Source: Octopus vulgaris
Lineage: Eukaryota
NCBI GenBank assembly: GCA_951406725.2
Contig: OX597827.1
Coordinates: 39,556,001 to 39,620,000, forward strand
Reading direction: 5' to 3'
DNA length: 64,000 nucleotides
Positions 41,261 through 54,295 of the stretch are shown piece by piece (positions within the stretch are counted from its first letter, which is position 1; each line of letters begins with the position of its first letter). Position numbers and translations under genes: made by a program. Under the pieces are notes generated by a model, which worked only from the letters and a program-made list of their open reading frames with translations, was not told where the DNA came from and did not search any database.

Positions 41261-42209
41261 GTGAGTGAGTTGGTGTGTGTGCACCAGTATGTATGTTTCA
41301 GTGTGTGGGTGTATGTTTGTGGATGCAGGAATTTGTTTCCTTTATGAATGGTGGAAGCTGGAACTTGTAATTGGATGTGGTGGGGTTCTGCTTACCTATC
41401 TGATGTGTGTGAGTTTCTATGTACCTATATACATGTACTTGTTGTTGTTCTGTGAGAGTATCTTTACAGAAGCTGTGTTGCTATTTATTACTGTTCTACT
41501 GACAGGCTGAACATCACCTGGTGTACCACAACAAACTAATTGGCTTTGGGTACTATCACAAAAGGGTGGGGTTGCCTAAACAAGATCTCAGTTTACAGAT
41601 ACTTCACAAAGAATCAATAATGTATCTGACAACCCAAGGAAGTATTTTTGTAGCTGCTTAGTCCTAATTTGATAGATTTATCATTAATGATGTTCCAGCC
41701 ATGACTATCCTACATTTTATTTATGTGTAGTGTATCTAAGACTACATTATCCAATATGTCCTTTTTTGAAGATAAAATGGTAAAGTGTAATTTGAGGGAT
41801 ATTTAGCTGCTATTTCTTGATGGTCAAGTGATAATGTTAAGGCTCTCTCATTGGAGCACTCAAATGAAATAGTTTAATATTCTTCCACAAGATGGAGCCT
41901 CTACATCAGTTATACTTCCACAATACATAAAATATCTTAACCATTTTTTAATAAAATTCCTTATAATACTTAAATATAAAAATATAGTAGGATTTTTTTA
42001 ACATGGTGGTCCAGTAGAGTAAAATGTGAATCAAAGTGGTCTATAGGCAAAAAATGGTTGAAAGCCGCAGCTCTACAAGATCAATTTATATACTAGAAGG
42101 AACAGTCACATTTCCCGTTAAATCACACTCTACCATCTTAAAAACAGAATGAAACATTGAATAATACAATCCAAGATATACTGTATCTGAATGAAGGCTG
42201 GAATTATTT

Positions 42210-42586
42210 TTACCTCTGTCTTCGCTAAGGCAGAGGTATTATTTTCAGTCATGTTTGATTTGTTTGTTTGTTTGTCCATGGACAAGATGCCTCAAGAACC
42301 ACTGGATGGATTTGGATGAAACTTTCAGGGATGTTTGGTCTCGTGACTGGCACAAACTGATTAAATTTTGGGATCAATCCAGTACCAGACAAGGATTCTG
42401 GATTATTTTTCCGTTTTTTTTTTACTTAATTTTTGAGAGCAGTTGGGTTCATTTTTATTATTCTTGTTTGTGAGAGTAATTGAGTTTATTTCAGATATTC
42501 TCATTTTAAAAATCATCTCCTGGTAATTGTTGAGAGGACGTTGATGTTGCCTTGGCGGAGATTTGCGCTCTCTGAGTGTTCTTGTT
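42210..42586 (+). mobile_element. Helentron-associated (HINE/DINE-1-like) non-autonomous element
   Basis: 5' acctctgtc with nearby inverted ggcagaggt, (gttt)n tract, 3' sub-TIR ggcggagat plus short hairpin gcgctctctgagtgt, T-rich ends. Confidence 0.65.
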
Positions 42587-43263
42587 AGATCTGTTTTTCC
42601 ATGCTAGCTTGGGTTAGACAAATATATTACTGAGGCATTGTTTTATAACTGGATACCTTGCCTGTTTTTCAAGGGACTCTTATTCCATGTCTTTGAAGGT
42701 ACAAAGTCAGCAGATGACTTGTTGACAGAGAAAATAACATCAGCACTGCCTGTTGCACAGTGATTTTCAGAGAAGCACAAACGCATGCACACACACTCTC
42801 ACACATACATTTCTTCCAATATCCATCTACCAAATCTACTCACAAGACTTTGGTCAGCTCTGGGCAAGTGTCTACTACTATACATCATGGACTCTTGCCC
42901 AAGATTCCAACTGAACCCCAAATCACATGGTGAGGATGATGATAGAGTTGTAAGCAATAGAGGTCATACTTTTAACTCTTTCATCTTGCCCACAATACCT
43001 TGCTAGCAATACCTCTCTCAGAAAAACACAAATCATTTGCAAGATAATAAAACACTTGTCACTTTTACTGTGCTGCCACTGTTTACAGCAGTGGCTGTTC
43101 CTCCTTCAGGTGCTTAATTTACAGCCACTTGAATCAGGATTTTATCAGGTGTTGGTAGTGTTATTTTCATCCTCAGATTATTTCTGCAACACCAGCCCTT
43201 TAATGCAGGCTGTAAATAGCTGATAACCACAGTAAAGTGAATGAAATCAGTAAAATAATAAAA

Positions 43264-43626
43264 AACAAGTGCACTCAGAGAGCGCAAACCTCCACCAAGG
43301 TAACACCAACGTCCTCTCAATGATTAGCCAAAGATGACTTTTAAAAGGAGAATATCTGAAATAAACTCGACTGCTCTCACAAATGAGAATACTAAAAATG
43401 AACCCAACCGTTCCCAAAAATTAAGTAAAAAAAAAATGAAAATAATGATCCATAATCCTTGTCTGGTACTGGATTGATCCCAAAATCTAATCAGTTTGTA
43501 CCAGTCACGAGGACAAATATCCCTGAAAGTTTCATCCAAATCCATCCAGCAGTTTTTGAGATATCTTGTCCACGGACAAACAACCAAACATGACCGAGAA
43601 CAATGCCTTCGCTAAGGTGAAGGTAA
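43264..43626 (-). mobile_element. Second HINE-like copy, inverted relative to 42210-42586
   Basis: Reverse-complement similarity along the whole length (ORFs 42255 and 43324 translate alike). Confidence 0.7.
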
Positions 43627-44046
43627 TAACGAACAAACGTATATATATATATATTTATATGTATGTATTCATTTGTTCATTTGTTTTTTTTTTTATGTGA
43701 TTTTTCCTTACTGGAATGGATTCATTAGGAACATATTTGAAGCAGAATTTCACAAACAGATGTCTTTCCTATAGCCAGGATATTTTCTTCCATCAGACTT
43801 GGAAAGCACAAACCTACAGGAGGTATTGCTCACAAGGAATATAAAATACACAACACAAACTCGAAAGTTTATCCAGTTCTCAGACATTACACATATTCCA
43901 AGAATTCGCCAGACATGCTGTATGAGTCATATGAGCTTTTCCCAGTAGGATGGTATCATGTTGAAGTATTATCTCTACACAAAATTCAACCTACACCACT
44001 GCACAGTCTCCAGATTCTGCTTTACATATACGTATACTATTACATA

Positions 44047-44085
<39 letters not shown>

Positions 44086-44959
44086 TGCACACACACACAA
44101 ATATATATACATCATATAAATATATGTACATGTGTGTGTGTGCATGTATGCATATACATACATATGTGTGTATGTATGTATATATATATTCATGTGTATG
44201 TATATACGTTTGCGTGTATACACACACACATAGATATATGTAATAAACATATAATCTAAAATCATTGGTCCAACAAAATATATTTTGTCAGCCAAATGAA
44301 TATGGATAAAATGTTTATTCACTCTCAAACATTCTTTATGCTAAACAGCCAGACATAGCTTTTTTGAATACATCACCCACTGGTGAAATTTAAGTACATG
44401 TATGTGGGGATGTGTGTATATATATATATATATATACATATATATTTGATTAATGAGAGAGATGGAAGATATGAGAATGTGTATTAATCACTACAATTGT
44501 TTCAACCCATCTACCATCAATCCCTCATGGGTGGAATACTGAACATCTGGTTTAAGGGCTTCCATTACTGTAGCTGTGTCTTCCCAAGTGATTACAAAAT
44601 ATGTCTCATTAAAATAATAAACTTTACTGGTAAACTACCAGGTGTATATCATACAATTAATTAACTAATTATATATATACATACATGCACACGCACACAT
44701 ACATGTACAATCATTTGTAAAAGCCAAGTAATAATGATTGGAACCAGTGGCATTTGGATCAGTAAGTTAACAATTCAATGAGATGAAAGCTAACTTAATT
44801 AATTATACATACATACATACACACACACATCTATATATATATACACACACACACACATCTATATATATACACACACACACACACACACATTTAATGCAAC
44901 TAATACATGTGTTTGTTGTTTACACACCCGTCTTCATATTTTGCTTTTTTTGTAAATTC

Positions 44960-44994
<35 letters not shown>

Positions 44995-45375
44995 TTTATT
45001 TCTTTGTGTATTTTGAATATGAATTTCAGGAAATATCTATAAATATATTTAGTTTTATGACATTTATAGAAATTCAGTACTGCCATCCAAGATTATTGGA
45101 AATGTAAGTGATTTGGCTACAGAATCATACTTTAAAACTGCAGTCTATATTTAAATACTTAAACTGTAGTTTTAAAATGGTGTCACATTTTAAAATGTTC
45201 TGTTGGCACAAGGCCATTTTTCCCTAACATCAAGACATCCATGGTTCTGTTCTGACACAATAAATGCATCTTTACCAAATTCACCAAGAATTTAGTCTTA
45301 GCCACCACTGCTGAATTCACAAAAAGTATGTGAGTGCACGAGACTGTATGTGAGTAGGGCATGTCTGTGTATGTA

Positions 45376-45424
<49 letters not shown>

Positions 45425-45516
45425 AGTTAATCCAAACAAGAAAGCACAAAAAAAACACAACAATGTGAGGACGTGGAACAAATATAGTATTATTGGACAC
45501 TCAGGAAAGAAGGAGG

Positions 45517-45551
45517 GTTTAACGTTTCGAGCGGAGCTCTTCATCGGAAAC
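45517..45551 (-). ncRNA. Minimal hammerhead-like motif within a ~200-bp repeat (45421-45623)
   Basis: gttt CCGATGA a GAGC tcc GCTC GAAA CG TT aaac; U4 is replaced by C. Confidence 0.45.
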
Positions 45552-46525
45552 ATAGGAGAAGGAAAGATCCAGAGAAGGGAAGACAGAGGGAAAAAAATCG
45601 CCAACGGTACACACGAGGTCACATTATACACATACACACAATACATTATATTCATCTAAATACTAATTTAGATGGCAATGAATGAGATCTTCACCATTAT
45701 GCCATGCCTGAGAAGACCCATTAAACCAAACAAAATTGCAGTTGTGGCAGAGACTGGTATCATGCTAATGGCGCCTGTGCCAGTGACATGCAAAAGCACC
45801 TGTTACACTCTCGGAGTGGTTGGCATTAGGAAGGCATCCAGCTGTAGAAAACCATGCCAAATCAGACTGGAGACTGGTGCAGCCTTCCAGCTTACAAGCC
45901 CTGGTCAAACCGTCTAACCATGCACCATGAACAACGGATGTTAAATGATGATGATGATGAAGAGATTTCATGTTGCTCCAGTTGCCCTCTTGGTCAGGGG
46001 GTAATGATGGCCTGCTTACTTAGCCAACAGGGTGACATCATTTGAAGGCTAAAATGATGCAAAGCACATTGTGACCAGTGATGTGTAGCAATATCTGATA
46101 GTCTGGTCAGTCATGTGATACATATTCTTTTTTTTTATTCTTTTACTCATTTCAGTCATTGGACTGTGGCTATGCTAGAGCACCACCTTTTAGTTGAACA
46201 AATCAACCCCAGGACACAGTCTTTGTAAGTCTAGTATTTATTCTATAGGTATCTTTTGCCAAACCACTAAGTTATGGGAACGTAAACCTACCAACATCAG
46301 TTGTCAAGTGATAGTGGGGGGGGGGAACAAACACAGACACACAAACATATATATATATATATATATACGACAGGCTTCTTTCAGTTTCCCTTTACCAAAT
46401 CCACTCACTTTGGTTGGCCTGAGACAATAGTAGAGTGACACTTGCCCAAGGTGCTATGCAGTGAGACTGAACCCAGACCCATGTGGTTGGGAAGCAATCT
46501 TCTTACCACACAGCCACACATGTGC

Positions 46526-46558
<33 letters not shown>

Positions 46559-47584
46559 TAAGCATAAACACCAGGCCATCCACATTGCATTTCTGAGGAG
46601 ACCATTATATTCTGCCACTGCTTCACTTTATATAGCTGTATCAAAGAATAGATATAGCCAGATTATCTGTGAGTATTACTTGTGAGAGACTAACACTTTA
46701 TCTGAGGGGAAGATTTAACACTCATATGTTTCACACTATGAAACTGAGTTTACACACCGTCCTTAAAAGCTATTAAATTTAGAGTATTGCTCACATGTGG
46801 AAAGACTTGTAAAACACACAAATCACTCTCACTCATTCTGTCACACACACACAGAGTCATGCGAACCTAGTCATACACATAATTTACAATCACATATGCA
46901 ATCTAGTCGTACACACAAACTACTATTGCAAACACATAAACCAATCTCACACACACAAGCAGTCACTTAGTCACTCACACACACACACATAACACACCAG
47001 TTACACAAACAAATAAACCAGTCACAAAAATACACACTTCCATATCACACAAACCCCAGATAGGCATAACAGAAACAAACTGGCCATACATACACATGCA
47101 CAAACCCGATGCATACTCACACATACATACATACACACACAAACCAGATACATACATACACACATCAACTGACAACTGCACATGCATCAAACCAGTCATA
47201 CACAGAGTTTATATTCTAAGTCCTTCAGTAGGATATTCCAATAATAACCAGAAAATGACTGAAACAAATACACACACACACACACACAAACAGCAGAATA
47301 AATAACAAAAAGTAAAAAAAAAAGACACCCCATCTACTCCTGACCCACCAGCTGTCAACTAAGTAAGGATTATTAAGAGTTGCATCCATTTCAAAGTGAC
47401 TTGTTTACCAGAGTATATCGAGCTATCTAGACACACTGCTGATATCGCTTGCTTTCATTACATCACTGCTTGCCAGCTAGTTCCTCTTTTAGTACAAGAA
47501 TTTCAGGAATACTTTTGAGAACAGTGACAAACCTCATTTGTGTGTGTGCGTGCGTGTGTACCAGTCTCTCTCTGCATGCATGCA

Positions 47585-47615
<31 letters not shown>

Positions 47616-47865
47616 TGCACTCCAGTCTATCCTAGCTATGATTACAGAGGCCTCACCACCAGGGTGAATTATATCTGTCCAATCATGTAATCTAAAATTT
47701 ACATACTTACCACGCAATAACACAAATTATCTATCTGTTTCTCTCTCTCTCTCTCCCCCATATATATATATTTCAAAATATAGAAAGATTATATATAGAG
47801 ATATACATGTGAGATATATACATATGTATACACACACACATACACCAATGATACTATGTACATGT

Positions 47866-47902
<37 letters not shown>

Positions 47903-48125
47903 CAAAAGCGGGAAGGATATTAGAAATATTCTTAGTAAGATATTTTTATCTGAAGTTATGTGTTGGAAACGGTATTGCATTTTTATCGAGTCCTGTTTGT
48001 TTGCTCAAGTGCCAACCATTAAACATAGATGTTAAACTATACAAGCCTTTATTGTTTTATATGGGTGCAGAGATAGTCTTGCAAATAACACAGAGGGCAA
48101 CCAGCTGGCTAGTCACCTAGTTATA

Positions 48126-49399
48126 TCAGGTCATCCCATAAGTTCTGTCCGATTTTACCTTTTTTGAAATTGAATGAAATTTAATAGTATTTTAGAATGT
48201 CTAATGGAATTAAAAATTATTTCTATGCGTTTGTGTACATTTAAACTAATTAAATATTATTTTACAGAATAATAGAATTGATTAAAGCCCTTTCTAACAT
48301 GGAAGTATCCAAAGAGCATTTGAGGCACATAATGCTTTATGAGTACAAAAAAGGAAACTCTGCAGCCGAAGTGACTCGAAACATACACTCAGTGTATAGG
48401 AAAGAGTGCTTGAATGAAAGAACTTGGAGAAGATGGTTTGCAAAATTCAGAAGTGGAGATTTCAGCCTTGAAGATGAAGATTGAACAGGTCGTCCGTTGA
48501 GTTTGATGATAAGCTCCTTGAGGCATTACTTGAAGAAAATCCTGCAATATCAGTTGAAGAATTGGCAATAAAACTTAGTTCAAACCATACAACTGTTCAT
48601 TGTCATCTTCAACAACTTGAAAAGGTTCCTAAACTTGGAAAATGGGTGCCTCATGAATTGTCCGAAAGCAACCGCAAATCCCGAGTTGACATCTGCTCTT
48701 CTCTCCATTCTCACAAACTCATTTCACCCTTCTTGGATAGACTTGTGACTGGTGACAAAAAATGGATCTTCTATCGAAATGTTAAAAGTTGTAAACAGTG
48801 GCTTGGTAGAAGGGAAAAAACTCAACCACAACTGAGAAGGGAACTTCATGGGAAAAAGGTTCTTATCTCTATCTTGTGGGATTGCAAAGGAGTATTTCAC
48901 TTTGAATTGTTATCACCTAATGCAACAATCAATGCTCAAGTCTACTATCAGCAATTAGAGCGTTTGAATCAAGCTTTGAAGAAAAAAAGACCCGCTTTAG
49001 TGAATCGAAAAGGAGTGATGTTTCATCAGGACAATGCGTGACCCCACACTGCAAAGATCACATCACAGAAGATTGAAGAGCTTGGTTGGAAAAAATTCTC
49101 ATCTACCTTATTCTCCTGACCTTGCTCTTTCAGACTACCATTTGTTTCCTAGTTTACAGAATCATTTGGGGGACATAACTTTTGCAAGCCAGAAGGAGGT
49201 CAAAACTGACATTTCAGAGTTCTTTGCTTTGACATCAAAAGAGTTTTACATTGATGGGATTAAAAAGCTTGTAAATAGATGGAAGGAAGTCATGGATAAC
49301 CAGGGAAAGTACATTGATGATTAAATTTCAATTCAATATAACATTTGATCACTTGTTTTCTTTATTCAAAATTCGGACAGAACTTATGGGATGACCTAA
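48126..49399 (+). mobile_element. Full-length mariner (Tc1/mariner) element, 1274 bp
   Basis: TIRs tcaggtcatcccataagttctgtccga / tcggacagaacttatgggatgacctaa; TA on both sides. Confidence 0.95.
48299..49324 (+). pseudogene. Mariner DD34D transposase pseudogene
   Basis: WVPHEL, VTGD, HQDNA and YSPDLA.SDYHLF motifs; frameshift at ~48482, TGA at 49039-49041 and a second frameshift at ~49095. Confidence 0.92.
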
Positions 49400-51201
49400 T
49401 ACTTTGGTACTACTACTACACTGAGTCTATGCCTTCATAGTCAATTACATAATACTACAATTACAGCGTAATTATAGTACAATTACAGTATGGTATAATT
49501 ACCAAAAGTGGAGGCATACAGCCAAGTGTTTAGGCTGTCTAAATTGTAAGATTGTGGTTTCAATTCCTGAACCAGGTGACACGTTTTTGAGCAAAGCACT
49601 TCATTTCATGTTGCACCAGTCTACTCAGCTGGCAAAAATGAGTAATCTTGTGACAAACCAGCATCCTGTCCAGCATGGTAAATAGATATAAATGCCATGG
49701 AAGTTTGTTGGGATGCACTTATAATTATCATAGGAATGATCCAATAATAGGATTTGTTTCAGCCCTTTACATGTGGTTTGCTAAGTTTTAACACATGGGG
49801 TTTCTTAGAAGGAGTACACATTTGATTATGTCATCCCCAATACTTAGCTAGTAGTTTACTGCTGATCTTAGGATGCTGAATGACAAAGGAGACCCTGGTG
49901 AGATTTTAACATGGAACAAACAGGAATGAAATAAAATACATCAAGTAGAGGAGTAGCCAGGTTCTAAAGTTGGTGGGGATGCATACATAATACAGGTGCT
50001 GCAACACATACCAAACAATTTTTAATTGATTTCTCTTACATTATGTAAAATATTTCATTAATTGTAATATATGTAATTGAATTCTACATTCATTAATTTC
50101 ATGTTTCAGTAACAATGTCATTATGTATGAAACTTACAACAACTAATATAGGTAACTAAAGAGTTAAAACAAAATGTTGAAAAGGGTTTAATTTTGAAAA
50201 ATGTGCTCAGTGGGGTGTGGTCACTCCCCTTGTTCCCCTATTAGCTACGCCACTAACCTAAAGATATTTTAAATGGGTGCTTTTCTTATTCAGCCACTCC
50301 AATAACCTCATGCTAATCATGATGATGATGATGATGATTGTTTCAAATTCAAATGCAAGGCTAGCAATTTAAGGACAGTAGGGATGGGGAGGGATAGGGT
50401 GGAGGTAGTGAATTACATCAACATAGTATTTGACTTGCACTTCATTTTATCAAGCCCGAAAGAATGATAAACAAAACTGATTTGGGCAGGATTTGAACTC
50501 AGAATATAAAAGTTGGAAGAAATACTGCTAAGCATTTTGTTCGATGTGTTGATGATTCTGTCAGCTGGTCTCAAATTTGAGCATTTGGACTGAATGGATT
50601 TCTACCTGTGAAATTAAATATTCAAGTGGCTGTGTATTCCTTACACTCATCTATCTGCAAGTGAGTAGTTATTTGTGTATCCATGTGTGTGTATGTGTGT
50701 ATAGGTGTGTAAGCATGTGTGTTTGTATATGTAGGTATGTACTTGTGTATGCATCTATATAAGCACATGTGTTATATGTGTGTATATATTTGTGCATGTC
50801 TATGTGTTTATATTTGTGCATGTATATGTGTATAAACAGACACAGTGCTCTTCAGCTGGTCAGCCCCTATCAAACCATCCTGATGTTAAATGATGTACTC
50901 TTTTTTTTGTTTGTTTGTTAGTTTTTTTTTGTCTTTGTTGCCGTACACATTCACTAGCTTTCTTACAAAGGGGTCTAACGCCCTTAGCTTAGATTTTTTG
51001 GGGGACAACCAGATCGAACCATCTCAAGTGTAACTGTCCGAAATGGTTGTGACTTCTGGTACTTGACTGATGAAAGAAAGCCAAGAATGACACGTCTTTT
51101 TTTTACCTGTCCTAATTGTTGTTTCTCTTGTCCACCTTTGTGTTGTCTATCTGTCCGAACGTTTTAATGCCTTCTATTACATTTTTGTTCCATTTATATA
51201 T

Positions 51202-51236
<35 letters not shown>

Positions 51237-51669
51237 AATATATATATATATAAATATATATCTATATATATATATCTACATATGTGTGTGTGTACATGCT
51301 TGTCTAAGTACATGCATACATATGTGTGTACAATATATCTATGTGCAAAATGTGTGTGTACATAAGTATATTGGTTAGAAGAAGGTACTATATGTGTTTC
51401 ATGTATGTGTGCAAGACTCTCCCTCTCTCTCTCTCTCTCTTTCCCCAACTAGCTTTCTATAATTGAAGGTCAGACATTCTAACTAATATATACTTTCTGT
51501 TCCTGTTCCTGTCGAACAGCAAAAATAGTCTCTGGGAAATATGTCAGCTTCTGAGAAATCTATTAAAGTTAAATGTTCCAGTGTAATAAAGCAACAGAAT
51601 GTTAACTTTTGGGTCAAAAATTCTAAAACCACAACATATGCAGAGATTGGCATTTATCTGCAGCAAACA

Positions 51670-52790
51670 GAAAGAATCATTAGAACATCAAAGTGAATTC
51701 TCTGTGGTATTTCTTCTGGCTCTATATGTTCTGAGTTCAAATTCCCCTGGGGTCAACTTTTCCCCTTTCATTCTTTCAGCATCGATAGAATTAAGTACCA
51801 ATCAAGTACTGGGGTCAATGGTATCAACTAGCACCTTCTCCTCAAAATTACTGTCTTTGTACCTAAATCAGAGGCTATTAAAAGGTGTCATGTTGGCGGA
51901 ATCATTAGAGTGTTGGGGAAAAAAATACCTTGCAGCATTTGTTCCAGTTCTTTACATTGAGTTCAATTCCTGCCATATCCAACCTTGTCTTTCACCCCTC
52001 CAGGGTTGATAAAATAAAGCAAGTCAAGTTCTGGGGCCAATGGCATTGACTATTTCCGCGCATCAAAACTGCTGGCCTTGTGCCTAAATCAGAACCGACT
52101 ATTATTACCAAAAGCAGTGAGTTGGCAGAATCGTTAGCATACCAGAGAAAATGTTTAGAGGCAGTATTTCATCCATCTTTACATTCTGAGTTCAAATTCC
52201 ACCGAGCTCAACTTTGCCTTTCATCCTTATGGGGGTCAATAGAATAAGTACCAGTTGAGAACTGAGGGTCAATGTAATCAACTTACCTCTCCCCTAAACT
52301 TGCTGGCCTAGAGCCAAAATTGATATTATCGTTATTATTATTATTATTATTATTATTGAAGGCAGTGAGCTGGCAGAATCGCTTTGTGGCATTTTGTCCA
52401 TCTTTACCTTCTGAGTTCAAATGCAACCAAGGTCAACTTTGCCTTTCATCCTTATGGGGGTCAATAGAATAAGTACCAGTTGAGAACTGAGGGTCAATGT
52501 AATCAACTTACCTCTCCCCTAAACTTGCTGGCCTAGAGCCAAAATTGATATTATCGTTATTATTATTATTATTATTATTATTGAAGGCAGTGAGCTGGCA
52601 GAATCGCTTTGTGGCATTTTGTCCATCTTTACCTTCTGAGTTCAAATGCAACCAAGGTCAACTTTGCCTTTAATTCTTTTGGGATCAATGAAATAAGTAC
52701 CAGTTGAGTACTGGGGTCAATGTAATCGATTTATCCCCTCCCCAAACTTGCTGGCCTTGTGCCAAAATTTGAAATTATCATTATTATTAT
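51670..52790 (+). mobile_element. Head-to-tail array of ~5 Meta-like SINE units, including an exact 225-bp tandem duplication
   Basis: Units recur; 52208-52432 equals 52433-52657 by eye. Confidence 0.8.
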
Positions 52791-53396
52791 CATTATTTTT
52801 TTTTTCTCCTTTCTTGCTCAGCACTCATTGTTATTTATTTATTTGTCATGCATTTCTGAGGTAATTCTACATTTCTGTCAGATTCCTCTGGACTGTTGCG
52901 GTTAGGGCTATGAATGTCATAAGAGGAAGGCTAATATTCATAACCTTTGTAGTGTTTCTGAGACTGATGAGGGCAAAGAGAGGAGAAGAAAATATGCAGG
53001 TAGAAGAGAAGGACCATGTGTAAATTGAGAAAGGTTTTGGAGACCTGTTGTGCTGGGTTCAAATTCTTGCTCAAGGCACAAGCTGGAGACACAGAACTGT
53101 CCTGAAATCAATCACCAACTGATGGATACATCTGATTAGAAACAGTGAAGTTATTGGCTATATTTATCACACTTCCTTGTGATAAATATTGATTAATGAT
53201 AACACTAATGCCTACACTAAAGCAAAATTCTATGCAGGAGAAGAAGAGGAGGAGGAGGAGGGGAAGAATATAGTTGTAGTAGGAATTGTACCCACTGCTG
53301 CCAGCAACTGTGGATTGTGGAAGCAATTATTTGAAGAATGTGTGTGTGACAATCTGTGTTGTATGAAATATGAGTCATTAGCAATGTTTTGGGTAA

Positions 53397-53439
<43 letters not shown>

Positions 53440-53472
53440 CCTGCATCTCCCTATAAATACATGCACACACAC

Positions 53473-53522
<50 letters not shown>

Positions 53523-53702
53523 GTTCAAATTTACAGAAAAATAGAAGACAAAGACAGGTGTAGGAACAACAAGTAAATGTTTAGTTTAACGCTCAGGAAA
53601 AATGGAAAAGTCTTTATGTTTGGAGCCTATGCTCTTCAACAGAAAGGAATAAGAGGAAAAACGGAAAGAGAATGAAAAAAAACGGAGAGAGTAAACATGT
53701 GC

Positions 53703-53752
<50 letters not shown>

Positions 53753-54098
53753 TGGTGTGTCTTTATGTTGTGTATATATAACTGGGGAGTAACGAGAGAG
53801 TGCATTGCAATGTGTTTTACTGCCCCCTACCTCTGAACTCAAATCCCACAAATCCTCTCTTTGTCTTTCATCCTTTCAGGGTTGAGGAGTAAAGTACCAG
53901 CTATCCCTCCAATTATATTTTGTAGTAAAGTTTAGCATTGAAACAAAACACAGCTAATACAAGCAGTAAATAGATAACCGAAATAGTTGATAAGAATAAG
54001 CTAAGTGTACAATTTTTTCTATCCAATTTACTGAAGCCCCTAGTACTAGCAGGTTTATAAGCAATGTCTTTTTGCACAGATAAGTGTTTTGATACCAC

Positions 54099-54295
54099 CT
54101 GTGTCGGTGGCACATAAAATCACCCACTACACTCTCGGAGTGGTTGGCGTTAGGAAGGGCATCCAGCTGTAGAAACACTGCCAGATCTGACTGGCCTGGT
54201 GCAGCCTTCGGGCTCCCCAGACCCCAGTTGAACCGTTCAACCCATGCTAGCATGGAAAGCGGACGTTAAACGATGATGATGATGATGATGATGAT
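54099..54295 (+). mobile_element. Retroposon 3' tail ending in (GAT)n
   Basis: ...ttaggaagggcatccagctgtagaaac...catgctagcatggaaagcggacgttaaacgatgatgat; related copies at ~14437-14567 and ~45700-45960. Confidence 0.7.

Noticed and set aside
49947-50254. Possible MITE with agtggcgtagc-like TIRs
   Set aside because: Left TIR has several mismatches and no TSD is visible.
52208-52671. Regular repeats as a CRISPR-like array
   Set aside because: Eukaryotic SINE tandem duplication; no unique spacers and no cas genes.
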